From Bilabrum cf. latius (lineage: Eukaryota): a stretch of 64,000 bases of DNA. Position 1 is the first letter of the stretch. Each line of letters starts with the position of its first letter. This document shows, one piece after another, positions 26,701 to 39,400 of this stretch. The DNA is taken from contig OZ237737.1 of assembly GCA_965178125.1 (NCBI GenBank), forward strand, positions 496,001 through 560,000, given 5' to 3'. Both the position numbers and the translations under genes were made by a program. The notes below the pieces were generated by a model. The model worked only from the letters and a program-made list of their open reading frames with translations. It was not told the DNA's origin and made no database searches.

Positions 26701-27249
26701 GCTCTCCGCATGTACAGGCAGGGCCTGCTCATGCCCACCACGATCGATGAGGCCGTGCGCCGCCGCGAGATGGACCTAGAGCTGGAGGAGAGGCTTGCGG
26801 ACGAGGTGGGCTAGGGCAAGGACACCCACAGGGTGATGGAGCAGAGGGCCAAGGACGACGAGCAGGAAGCTGATGCGCTCGGCATCTCCTTCCATGAGCC
26901 CCTCTCCGCCCTGCCGCACCATTCCCACCTGCGGCACCGCTACCTGGTTCGCACCGTGGCCAGCGGGGCCGACCACGACCACGCACATCTGGCTTCGACT
27001 GGGGAGCACGGTGCTCACGCCCACCTGGACTCGCTGCATCGCCACGACCTCCATGAGCACGCAGAGGGCGACCCCCACCATCCAGCTAACGAGTACTTCG
27101 ACCCGTTTACGGGAGAGCTGGACGAGTCCCACCCCGACCTCGTTGGCAACCCTGCGCTCGCCAGGCGTCTCAGGAGCATGCCCACGCCCCCGCCTCATCC
27201 GGACTACGAGAGGCACGCCCCGCCTCCAATGGATCACGAGGAGCTCTAA
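23772..27249 (+). CDS. Secretory-pathway His-rich degenerate pirin/cupin-like protein with C-terminal HEEL; intron 24149-24239; in-frame TAG at 25090 and 26812
   Basis: Signal peptide MLAAISLLCACALAG; pirin-like blocks GLPMHPLHNADVLTITL, PGDAQMVTGGHGSVRE, YAGSLGRVTGPLATRLPTYLVVVEVEPHSSLRLPIP; ends ...MDHEEL-TAA. Confidence 0.7.
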
Positions 27250-27563
27250 GTGGCCGAGCGCCCATTGATGTGCGCATTCGGCCATGCAGCACCCGTCCTG
27301 CTGCATGGCGTTTCGTGGATGTCGTGCACCTACACCACGGATCGACTGGCAGCCTACCTCGAAAGAGGGAAAGGCGCCGTTGGGATTTTGCTTGCATGTG
27401 ACTGTGACTGTATAGATGGCATACTAGTAGCCTTACTGTATCCTTGGATCAATTCATTGGCAGCATGCCTGGCAACCGCAGCAACCCTACCTTCGGTCGC
27501 GAAAGAAGAACACATCAGCCTTCACTTGCACGTTTCCGCCAGCATCCAAAGGACTGGGAGCAT

Positions 27564-30500
27564 TTAGGTCCAATGGCCCTTCTCCAGCCCTCGCAGCGAT
27601 GCCTCAACCGCATCACAATCGATTGACCAAGCTATACTCATCGGCTTGCTTCCGCTCGATGCATCCGAGCCTTCAATTGACTTTGTGGAGGGATCCACCG
27701 GCAGGGAGATGCACCCTGCAATCAACCGCAGACAAGTTGCCAACTACTTGTCAGCAGCAGACGTGCCCAGCGTCGCAGGATACTTGCTGCCACGCATACC
27801 AGCCGGGGCATCTGAGACATCGCTCCGACGAAGCGTACCTGCTGCAGAGTTGGCGAGCCTGCTCGCCGCAGTCAGCGCCTTAAGCATTGAGCTCGGGAAT
27901 GCATCATGCGCAGCTCTTCCGGCGCCCGCTGCATTGGCCGCAGCAACCAGTGCGGTGCATGCCGCAGCCACCGAACTCAGCACAGCCTCAACAGACTGTC
28001 CAGCCGTGCTCAAAGCACCGAGCGCAGATGGTGAGCCAGCAGTCGCAGTCCCGAAGCCATCAGCCATGGCTTGGCCCGCCTTCAACGCAGTCGCAAAGCA
28101 CGCTACCATTCCAGCAAGCTGTGACCGGGCACAAGATGCGAGAGCAGGTTGGGCAGCAGCCACGGGTGCAGCGGTAGTGCATGCTTTGGCGCATTCTGCA
28201 ATTGATAGAAGCAGGACGGCAAGCTATCTGCTGCGGAACGACTGGGCGTCGCGCTTTGCAGAGCCGTTGTCGGCCGTCGTAGCCGGTGACTGCAGCACCT
28301 AGGTTGCGCTGATGGAAGCAGATGCCGCGCGACAAGCAGTTGCAGCAAAGGCACGTGCTGCCTGCGCTGCGACGATACCAGCGGTACGCTCCGTGGTCAC
28401 CTGCTGCAGCGCCAATGCGGTGCTTCGTGGCTTTTGCTTGGTCAACGTGACAGCAGCTTGAAGCAGCACAGAGACCCACCCACCTCCGAGCATGCCTTGC
28501 TAAAACCGAGCCGCGATCGCCTGGCTTTGATCCGACCACGCTGTGCCACAAGCGCCATAGACAGCCTCTGCAGCTGCCAGTGCTCGCGACGCTTGCGTAG
28601 CCCCGCTCTCCGCAAGTGCAATGACGGACGCCACCTGGTTTACTGTCTCCATAGTCATGCTGTCCACCCCACTCCCGTCTTTTCCACCTGTGGCTGCGCT
28701 GAGTCGCAGCCTGGCAAGACCCCGTGCAATGAGCGCACCGATGGCAACTTGCATGGCTCCTTGCTCCCGCCGAGCATCTTGTGCAGCGGCACGAGCTGCA
28801 CGCACCCTGGGCTCTAGCTCGCCTGCGCGGAACTTGCTACTCGACGCACCGCCCATTCGCTGCCCCCTATGCTCCTTGGATTTGGAGGACAGGGAGGCAG
28901 CTCGAGCCTCCATGCGCTACGCCGTTTCAGCGGCCAGCGCAGCTCCAGCTTCGAGCAGCTGCTTAGCCCCCGGATCCAGCAGCTCAGCGGAGGGGCCAGC
29001 GGAAGCAGGCTCGATCCCTCCGTTCGCAAGCTCGATCGAGGTACGCCGGAGCAGCGCTACGACGTTGCATCGCAGCCGGCCAACATTCACTTCGTCTCCG
29101 CCAACCTCAAAGTGCCGGCTGCCTTGCATGTAGCCTGCAACGGCTGCTGCTACTGCGGACCACCGCAGACGATGCGCGCTGTCGGTCGCTGTTGCTTCGG
29201 AAGCCGCTGCCAAGGGAAGTCTCGAACCAAGTGAGCTTCCATTTGTTTTGCCGGCCATACTCACAGCCATCTGCAAAAGAGCAACATTAAGGGACACGAG
29301 ACCCCTTTCTGCTTGCAGCAAGTGCGCGAGCAGTGATGCCCACTCGTTCATCGAGTCTCCAAGGCGACGCCTAGCGCTCTGCTCGGCCCGCCCTGCCTAC
29401 CCTTCGTAACCGTCCGCGATCTAGCTACCTCGTAGATCGCGAATACTGGCGCTATAGGCAGAGGCAGCTGCAGCCAGAGAAACTAGACCTGCGATGCTGC
29501 GTATCCCGTCCCATTTACGCTCCCCGGCGGCTCCCGCGCGTCTCATCTGCTCATCCACTTGTACGTACGACGGGACAGCAATCCATAAATCGCCCTACAG
29601 CGCAGAGAGGATCTACTAGGCAACTGGAATCGATGGCTTCGTGGACTGCAGATCGGCCCTGTACCTCTTGTCCGCCGAGGCTGATGTGCTCCGCCCGATG
29701 CTCTCAAAACTAGACGACTCAGGCCCGAGATCCGCATCCTCTTCAGTTCCGGCACCGTGCCGCAGAAGTGACAACACAAGATCTAGTCGATCCAACCGCA
29801 CAAGTTGCTGCTCTTGAGTGCCCTGCAGAGCAGGGAGGGAGGATCGAACGGCAGTGAATGCGTCCCCAATGGCGAGCCAGAGGGGGACACGTTCGTTCGG
29901 TTGCAGGCAATCCACTGCTCTAGTGGCATCCGTGATGGATTCAGATGCTTCGTCTTCGCGCAAACCAGCGGCTGCCTGTTTCCGATACCGCACTGCTACC
30001 CGCAAGGCGTCCTCCATGGCTCTGAGTGCCATCCTCGGCCTGTCTTCCTGCAGCAGAGACCCGGCCAGACCGGCACTGCATCGGATCAGCAGTCCAGACA
30101 GGCGTCGGAGAGCAATGGCGTGTATCTCTATCGTATCTGCCAAGTCTACTGCAGGTGCCGGGGACCCCTCCTCCTCGTGCACTTTAGCACCACCCTCTGC
30201 CTAGCTGGAAGGACTCCCCTCATCCTCCTCCATGCCTGGTTCACCCGAGCGCACTGCAGCCTTCTCGTGTGCATGGGTGACGAGGGCGGCCCGACACTCC
30301 AGCGCCAGCAGAACGTGTCTTGCAGCGCTGTTGAAAATGTCCGTTGCTTGCCCTATGACTTTGCCTGGGTCTGCCTCGTCTCCGCTTGACTCCTCGTCGG
30401 GCGAGCCCTGGCTAGACCCCGCCACCACCATTGCCATCGCACCAGGCGCCGAGTCATTCTATCCATCGATGCCAGCCAAAGGCTAGGGCAATTCGCTGTC

Positions 30501-33500
30501 TTGAACGGAAAGCAGTGCATCGGCAGCGTCTGTCGTGGTTGGTGCGGCTGACAAGCTCTAAGAGCGCAAGCGCCGCCCTGCCCTTCGCCTAGCCTGCGAC
30601 GCCGCCACAGAGCCACCTATCATCCCACCGCCCAGCGGTCCAATTGAAGCCCTGGATCGAATACCGCGCGCCACTGGTTTTATGCTCATCCCACTAGCTG
30701 CAAGCTGCTTGGATTTTTTGTGCCGTCTGTGGCCCTGAAGCAGCAGCTCTTCGGCAACCAGCTCGTGTACGTGAGCGCGTAAAGGCAGATGAGCCTTTGC
30801 CCACGATGGCAGTTCGCCAGTAGTGCGCCTGCGCGGTCCAGACTTATCTGAGGCGGCACTGGCGCTATCTTTGTCATGCGCATGCAGCGCCGCCCCATCC
30901 CTGGCCACATCACCAAGCAGCTCCACGCACTTAAGCAACAGCCTGCACCGCCTACGCTGCTGCCTTCGCTGCTTCTGAGCTGCCTCGCGCTAATTTCGTT
31001 CCCTAGCCCGCCTACCCCTTGCCCCCTTCTTGCCATACGCACCAAGCGGCGCTTGCGGCGCGTTCTACGTGTCGGTCACCGTGCTGCGGCCAATTTCCTG
31101 CGCCACACGGTAGCACAGCATAGCCATCATGTACCGCCACCTGCGACGGCGAGCAATGCCTTGTAGGTCAATCCCAGAGCCGCTCCCTCCATGCTCCTGT
31201 GCCCTCAAGTCGCTACCATCTGTATCCTACGTTGAAGCACCTGCTTGGGTGCCGGCGCTGACGCTTGAGTCGCCAGTGGTTGTCTTGGCCTGTTCCGAGG
31301 CAGGATGAACGCGTGTGCCAGCAGATGGACCAGCCTGGGGCCCTCCTGTCTTTCTCGTATCAGAGGCTTCACTGCCTGTGTAGACTGACTTTGCTCCAGT
31401 AGAATCTACGCTGCTGTCTTGCTGCTTGGCTTGCGTGTTCATATCGTAGAGCTCAACAAGCGACTGACCGGCCCTCTTCACCAACCAGTACGATGAGCAG
31501 TCCTTGGTGCAGTTGTGGCGCAGGAATTGCAGCAGCGCAGCACCACCCTGCTCTACAGCACTCGCAGAGAATGGCGCGTCATCACCGGACAACAAAGGAA
31601 TTTCTGAAGTGCTTACCAGCTAGTATCCTTGGATCCTCCCGCCGTCGTGGTAGCAGACCACGAGCTCAGGCACGTCAGTGAAGAGGTTATCCAGATACAG
31701 GTCCAGGCACTCCTCCTGGCTGAGACCCTTCCCAATCTCTGCCAGGGTCACAGCCACGGGATTTGGATGAGCTTGGTTGCGAAACACGAGCAGGTCGCTG
31801 CCTAGGACTAGCTTCAGCCCCGCAAACTGCCAGTGTGCCATGAACCTGTATCCGCTCGACGTAGGGTCTGCCGGCTGCACGTCGGCATGGGAGGATGAAG
31901 ACGAGCGGCGGTTCCTTGCGCGACCGGTTGCCACGGCACCTGAGCCGGTGGTATTAGCGCCTGCCTGCATCATCTTTCCAGACGCGGCAACCGGTGTGAC
32001 TGTAGCTGTAGTCGCAATGTGGGTTGAGCGAGCCTGGCTCTAGGCGCTCGTTCCTAACTGAGACTTAGTTTCTCTCCCGTACGGCGCTATAACACCAGAC
32101 TGGACCTATACATGCGCGGCGCTACGGCTTGCTGCTCTACCCCCGCTGCGTCTCTTCGCGTCGCTACTGTGAGCAACGGCAACGATACCCTCAGCCTGTT
32201 CTTCTTCCTCCTCTTCAACTTCTTCTTCGTCTACCCCCTCCAATTTGTCAAGACTTTGGGCTGTGCCATGCAGTCGCGCACCCGCATGGTCAAACTCGTC
32301 TCCTCCCACCACGTAGGCCGGGGAGACCATCTCCACCTTGCCATCCTTGATCATAACCCAGCGCAGGTCGTCAGAGGCTTCCGGCGTATCCGATTTGACT
32401 GCACCGCCCGACTGCACCGACGATGACGTCGCAACGATATGATCATTGGCAGTAGATCCTGGAGCATAGTCTTGCTTGGTCAAGCGCCCAGTCCTGGCTC
32501 GCGCTCGCCGGTTCTCTCTCGCCTTCTAGGACACCAGCAGGGGGGCAGGCTGTTCGTGCTGTAGCTCGGGCGACGGAGCAATCATGCTGAATGCTGGGGC
32601 GTTTCGAGAGCCCGGGCTTGCTGCTCCGCTTGCACCGCTCCCAGAAGAGCCCGCGCTTTGCGATCGGCCGGGCGGCAAGCTGAGCAGAGCCGTGCGGTCG
32701 GCTCCCCTGAGCACCTGCTGCATGTCTGGAGGGTCCAGCTGCAGCACTCTCGATGCCAGGCCTGCGCTATCAGAATGCACCTCCCTATCTGAGTAAAGGG
32801 ATGGATCCTGGGCGGCCGCGTGATCGGGCTCGGCCAACTGGCCCGGTCTTTTGGATTCTGCCAAGGCAGATTTCGGTCTATCGGCAATGAGATGAGGCTG
32901 GTCGCCTGGCGATTCAAGCATCGGTAGCTGGCTGATCGCTCCCCCTGAGGACATGTTCACGAAGGCAGAGTACAAGGTGCGACTGGACTGGCTGAGAGTG
33001 GCCCTCGTGCGCGCATCACGCCTGCCAGCATCAGAATTGGGCATGATCCGCGGGTCGCTGCGACGCCTCTATTCAAGTCCGCCGGCTGAGTCGATGGCTA
33101 GCGGTGCCTCAGGCTGTGGATCGGCTTGCACCGGCTTGCTTCCCCTGCGCTACTCTTCTTGTATGCTTCCAGAGGAAACCACCATGCCGGCATCGCCTGC
33201 TTGGACCGCTGGTAGCACGGCGATGCCGGTGCCAGCAACTTGCGCTGGCGAGCCACGCTTGCCGCGTGGCTCCGCTCTGTCTGTGCCTGGCTCGGCATCG
33301 AAAGTGCTGCTTGCTGAGGAGCTTTCGATTGGAATGCTCGGATCACCATCCAGGACGATGGTGCGACCAACTCGGTGCACTGCCATCGATACCGGCCTGT
33401 CAGACACTGGCATTGCGAAGAGGCTTCGGAGGGCTGACGCGGGGGCAACCACATCAGCGCTGCCTACGTGCGCTACTAGCTGATCAGAACGCTCCATTGG

Positions 33501-34001
33501 GCCAGAGAGGCGCTGGCGAATTGATTTAGCTTGCTTTGCAATGACAAGCTCAGCTCCAGCCCCACTTAAATCTGGCCTGTACCCGACTTGCTCCGCTTCC
33601 AACGCTGACAGAACTGCCTTCGCAGCACCCCAAGGAACCACAGCTTCCTCCCTCAGGGTTTCTTGTTGGAACTATAAGCCTACACCACCACTCTCTGACA
33701 GCAATCCGCCCATTGCAAGCAGCCCTCTTTGCGTTCCGAACATGTCGGGATCCAGACCAATCTTGCTGCTGTCCACAGCAGGACTTGTGACCAGCCTCGT
33801 CGGCTCAGCAGAGGGCGCACCTTTCGATATTGTCGCGACCTCAAGCTATGTTTGGGCCGGCAAATGATGATATTGTAGAGCGGGAGCAGCCTGTATTTGG
33901 ACCTGCTGGAATAAGTCCGGATCGATTCCATCTTGCGTCCCCACCAGAGAGGCTAGGTCCAGCCTAGCCGATGGTGTATGCTCTTCATTTAATAAATTCA
34001 T
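27564..34001 (-). CDS. EDRF1: EDRF1 (erythroid differentiation-related factor 1)-like protein, ~2145 aa, apparently intronless, about 25 in-frame TAG
   Basis: DVVAPASALRSLFAMPVSDRPVSMAVHRVGRTIVLD; LVLGSDLLVF; YLDNLFTDVPELVVCYHDGGRIQGY; LQFLRHNCTKDCSSYWLVK. About eleven listed ORF pieces lie in one frame; I translated the larger gaps and found no TAA or TGA. Ends TAA. Confidence 0.85.
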
Positions 34002-34165
34002 GATGCCTGAAGCCCAACTAGCAAAGTTAACGTCATGGAGTCCGGGTGGATGTGATGCTTGTGCATTATATCTGATTTTGCCGCCGGCGTGCTAGTTGCG
34101 AGCACATTTCCACGTGTCCGCCAAAGGCAACTTCAAGCCTGGGCCCACATTTACAGTATCCTGAT

Positions 34166-35611
34166 ATGCCCAAGTAGCGTGGAAACAGAAAGAAAAAGAC
34201 AGGGAAACCCGATTCAGAGGCTGGCGATGCCAGCAATCCGGGAAACGCGCCTGAGTAGGTAGATGAGAAGAAGCTAAAAATGCAAGCGGAGCAGGAGGCT
34301 GCGTAGAAGCGCGTGAAGCTGCTGCTGGAGAACTATGGGAGCATGAAGAAGGCTGATAGTGATCGGGAGGCATTTTTGCTGAAAGTTGTAGAGTCTATCC
34401 GTTCTCATTCTACGGGGTTCGGCCCGGCCCTCGCTCTCGGCGAGCGAACGAAGTACTTTGGGCCAGAGCACATTTATGGCGCGATCATGTCGTCTGGGCT
34501 CGTGGATCCGAACTGGTCTGGCGAGGGAAAGGGAGAGTTGAGCCGGGAGGACGTCGCAGATTCTATTTTCATCGAGTTGCTGCGGACCATAAACTCGAAG
34601 CTGTCACCGAGAGATTTTGGCCCGCAGCGACCCAAGCAGCTAGGCGCGCGCCCATTCCTGTAGCGATTGGAGATCGCCAAGCGAGTGAAGACCGGCGCAG
34701 ATGGTCAGCCGGTCCTTAGCAAGAAAACAGGGAAACCGAAAAAGGAGGTGGTGCACGCCCCGGGCAACCTGGTCGTGCTGCAGCCGCCGCAGGACGGGTC
34801 TGACGTGTTCAAGGTCGATGATCTAGCGCGCTTTATCATCAACTACGAAGAAGATGCGTTTTGGCAGACGCTTAAGCTCGGCGCGATGGCTGTGGCTGTA
34901 TTCATTCTGCTGCTATATAGGGTGTGGCCGATGTGGATGAGGACGGGCATTTGGTACGTGTCTGTCACGTTCCTAATCGTGTTTTTCGGTTTCGTGGTCC
35001 TAAGGCACTCCCTATTCGTGGTTCTATGGGTGTTTGGCGTGGAGCTCTGGCTAATTCCTGGATTCTGGGAAGATATTTACTGGCCTCTTTACAGCCTCGA
35101 GTTCGCGCCTGGCAGGGACGTGGTGCTGAGGCTGATCATGGCGGTTGCGCTCGTGTTTGGTGGATATATGGCGTACAACTCCGACATCACGTTCGACCAC
35201 GTGCTCGAGTCGCAGCAGGAGATGGTGAGTTCTCTGTACGAAGGAAAGTTCCTCACGCAGGGAGCAGCCGAGGACCCGTTCGCTCGCACCATTCCCAGCA
35301 TCGCTGACCTCGAGAAGCAGCTGGAGGAGGAGGAGAAAGAGGAGGATGGGGGCGAAGAGGCGGCCGGCAGCGCATCGGGTGCTGCAGGGGAGTCTCCCGA
35401 TGCTGAAGGCGAGTGGGGAGGGGAGCAGGAAGGAGTGAGCCAGCCTGGGTCTGGTGGCACCAACACTGCTGACGTGGGTCCCGGCGGTGATGTGGATACC
35501 TCTCAGACTGGCGGCGACAATGACGATGACGAGGACGCTGCTCTGATGGAGGAGATGCGGAGGGTGGCCGAGGAAGAGGCAAGCGGGGAGGAGCAGCGGT
35601 ACGAGGACTGA
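34166..35611 (+). CDS. SEC62: Translocation protein Sec62; in-frame TAG at 34175, 34256, 34304, 34661
   Basis: Basic N-terminus; INYEE followed by TMs LLLYRVWPMWMRTGIWYVS...VLRHSLFVVLW...LWLIPGFWED..PLYS; acidic tail; ends TGA TGA. Confidence 0.85.
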
Positions 35612-36477
35612 TGAGGCAGCTCGTCACTGGGATTCTTTCGGTGGCTTTAGATTCAGCAGGTAGCGGGCCTCAATGGTCAAACTAAGTTCTCCGCTGGCAG
35701 GCTTGGCTGTACCTATCGCTGCGCGCGAGCTGGATGGAGCCCGCTTGGTTGATCTGAATTTACCATTCCATGCGGGACTACGCCCCATCACTCACTCCTT
35801 ATTGGATCTTTGCAGCGGAATACCAGAATGCCAGCGGGACAATACTGCAGCGGGGTAGCTGGCTGGGGGGGCTCTAATAGTTCGTGCTGTCATGCCTACG
35901 GATTTTGAAAAGATAGACCTCACTGGTGTCCTTCCACTCAGACCATGGCGGGGGTAGATCTAGCTGGCTGATGCCGCGGGTTGCGTGCAGTCTCAATTCG
36001 CCTGAATGGTCGTCCGCTATCCAAACCTAAGACGTAAAGTCGAAAATGGATCGTGTCATTGGCTAGTAACAGTGGCGTGCGGACGAAGAGGAAGGCCTGG
36101 TGATCGAAGTGAACCTTTTGCACGATGCCCCTTTCGAACGTCCTCAAGGGAATGCCATGCGGCGCCGTACAAGTAGCGCTTCATCATCATTTGCCACAAG
36201 ATGTTCGCACACGCTGTACTAAGAATGGGCCTACCACAATGATCTGTTGGGCAAAGAAACCGGTGGGGTAGCCAGGAATACCAGAATACCAGAATAATTT
36301 GTAGGGTAAAGAAATCAGGGGTAGCAGGCAAATGTAGCGTTCACATACAATTTTAATCACACTCAATCCTGCGGCGTACCTACGCATGCAATCGAAAGTC
36401 ACGCATACTCTGGCGACTCTCAGCACAAATTGGAAATAGCTCAGGAATCTATTTGAAGCTTGAGCCTTTGATCCAGA

Positions 36478-39400
36478 ATGGAAGGCTCGTCTGCTGGATG
36501 GAATGCCGTCGAAGAGGGCAGCCTCAAGATCGAAGTCAATATCGCGTACGATGCCCTTTTGAAGAAAGTCCTAAAGGGAATGCCAGAAGGCGCCACCAAA
36601 GTTCTTTTAGATCAACTGATTCCACAAGATGCCAGCGAGAGGACCAAGTTTCTGAATGATCCATGCATACGGTGGATCCAGCCGGACGACAATAATGGGA
36701 CGACAGGAGTGCGCACGATTTCGATGAATATCTTGCAATTCGCGGTAATGTGCGAAGCAAGTGTGCTCGATTGCACGCTTGCACAATGTCTGGTTTTTGC
36801 AGGGGCCGGAGTACTCGTCCCAACCTCGGTGAGTGCGTGGAAGCAGCTTTGTATCTCGATTGCGGACAATAGCCACACTATGCCATGTGCAGGTGGGACC
36901 ACCTAGCAGCCTACATTGATGCTTGCACTTTTACTGCAGGACGGACGCACAGCATTCGAGATGATGCTGACTATTCAGGGACGTTTGCACAAGCGGAGAA
37001 AGAACGAATTTCATGCTTTCTAGTATGCTGCACAGGCAGCTGCCGCCGAGGCTCGCGCTTCACCAGATGCCCAAGCACGGCTGGATCGGTCGCTGTCTCT
37101 GTCCTTGCGCAGGGCACTGGCAGTGCGCTCTACCGAGCACCTTGACATCATCTGCCGCAGCGAGGCTGCCTGCGTGGACCAGTCGTGGATCGACCCCGAT
37201 ACGGGTCGCTCGCTCGTTCACACTGCCATCGCCGCCGGATGCTGCCGCCTGGCCGTGCTGGACGAGCTCGCAATGGCGGGCTGCGACCCTCATGCTCCAG
37301 ACAAGGATGGCGACACGCCCATGCAGCTGGCCCTGAAGGCCGGCAGTGCCACGATGGTGCGCGGGCTGCTGGCGTGGGGCTGCGAGCTGCGGGCATCGAT
37401 GGCCGGGCTGGTGCCTGCGGGCGAGTCGCATGATGCGTTGCGGTCGTTCGTGTCCGATGTGGGCGATGGTGTGGGAGCGGGGGAAGTGGTGTGCGTGGAC
37501 AGCAGTGTGGCAGAGTTTGGCCGCGTGGCCGATGTGCGTCTTCCTTGGGTGGGTGGGAGTGTGGCTGGTGGTCTGGCATCTGACAGCGAAGCCCGTCTGG
37601 GCTTGATCCGGTAGCTGGTCCTGCAGCTTGGGCCAGAGCTGTGCGGGGAAGCCGCCTTGGAGGCATACATTGCCCATCGCCATACTTATGGGGGGGCCGT
37701 GCTGGCTGATCCAGGGTACGCTGGCGAGGAGGCGCTGGCCCATGCCCGCAGCGCGATCACCTCTCAGGAGGACAAGGGCCTGTCGTATACGGACGTGGTG
37801 GTCGCGTTTGAGAGCATGTGGCGTGGCATGGATTGCATCGTGGCGAGTCCGCCGACGTGTGCATCGCTCGGAGTCTCACCGGCGTAGCTGGTACCGGCGA
37901 TGGCTGACGCGTTGAAGAAGTACGGAAGCACAGAAAGTGAGGCCGAGGAAGCCGGTGACGGGCCAGACGAGGCAATGGGTAGTGGCGACGTGCAGGCCGT
38001 GCTGGTGGGCCAGATCAAGGAGATGTTTGAGTCACCCCCGTATGGCACGAAGAAGGAAGACATGCTGTAGAAGCTGCTGGACCCTGACGGCGGCAAGATG
38101 GTGAAGGAGGGCGACGACAGTTTTTCCCACGATTCTGCATACGAATGGGTGTCCAGCACGGCAGCATGGATCGCCCTCATTGCAAGTACGCGCACGCCGA
38201 TGAAGCGAGACACCAAGGCGGCCGACGGTGAGGAGCATATGGAGGCAGCTGCAGCTTCCAGGGCGGCCTCGGGCGCTGGGGCTGCTGGTGGTACTGATGT
38301 GGATGCATCCGCATCTGCATTGAGCGAGCTGGTGTTCAGTAACGCCCTACGATTGAACAAGCCGGGGAATGTGAGAATCACAGAAGATGCACGTTTTGTC
38401 TGTATTACGACACCGTGTGGCTATGTGTTCGTTGTCCAGGTTGCGTTCGTTTCCCAACAATCTCGCAGGCTGGTCGCGTGCTGCCCTTGGGCTATGCTCT
38501 GAAAAGCAGGGGCGATGACTCGTATGTATCCTTGGGCCTTCTGTCCGCTCTCGGTTGCTGCACTTCTGCTACCTTGCTTCCTGGCTATCGAAGCGTCTTG
38601 CCGACTATTGAAGCAGTTTACAGAGACGTTGGAAGTGGTATGCTGTCGCCTACCTGTGCTTCATTCTGCCATTCAGTTGACACAGGAATGGAGGTTGTGA
38701 TGTCTTTGGATGAGTGCAAGGGTCTGTTGTCGAATTGGTTCTTCATGGAGGGCCAATTGGAAGAGTCAATGCCGCTGGTTCGTTTTGCAGTTGCCGCTGC
38801 AGCGATTGTACGAGCCTACAAGACAGACGATCACATCGCAAAGGACATCGGTTAGAGGGTAGCTGCTGCAGCTGCCCGCTTGTTTGAGCGTAGTAAGGTG
38901 CCATTGGCCTTTCGCGTTGCATATGCCCGAGGCCTTGCTGTCTTCGCCGCTTCTATCGACCTGCGAGTTCAATTTCTTGTATCGGAAGACGGCGACTCTG
39001 TCCTGTGGTAGGCACATGGGCTGGACGAAGGAGCTGACGGCAGGTCTGGATCCCTTGCAGTGGAGAAGGAAGGCTTACACGCGCTGCCTGAGGTGGTGCA
39101 AACGCTGTGCGGCAAGACACACAAGTCATACGGCTCGCTACTTCGTAATCCGGATGCAGCGGGGCTCGCAAGCGTCCGAGACAACCCCAGTGGCTTCAGC
39201 ACCTTGCTAGACACGGATGCTGTCATGGAGAAGGTCGCTGATGGGCTGTGGTCCGCGGTCTCAAGTGAAGACAGCAGACTGCGGGGGCTGTGCCACGTGG
39301 ACTGTCTTGACATGACAGTGGAAAACACCGAGGACATGGCGGCAGCACTGACCTGGTGCAGCAAGCACGAGTCCTCTGGCCTGTTGGTGCAGAGCGTCGA

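Noticed and set aside
27250-27567. 105-aa ORF continuing the pirin-like frame past TAA
   Set aside because: Composition changes, no domain is recognisable and it runs into the convergent EDRF1 end. It is best read as 3' UTR.
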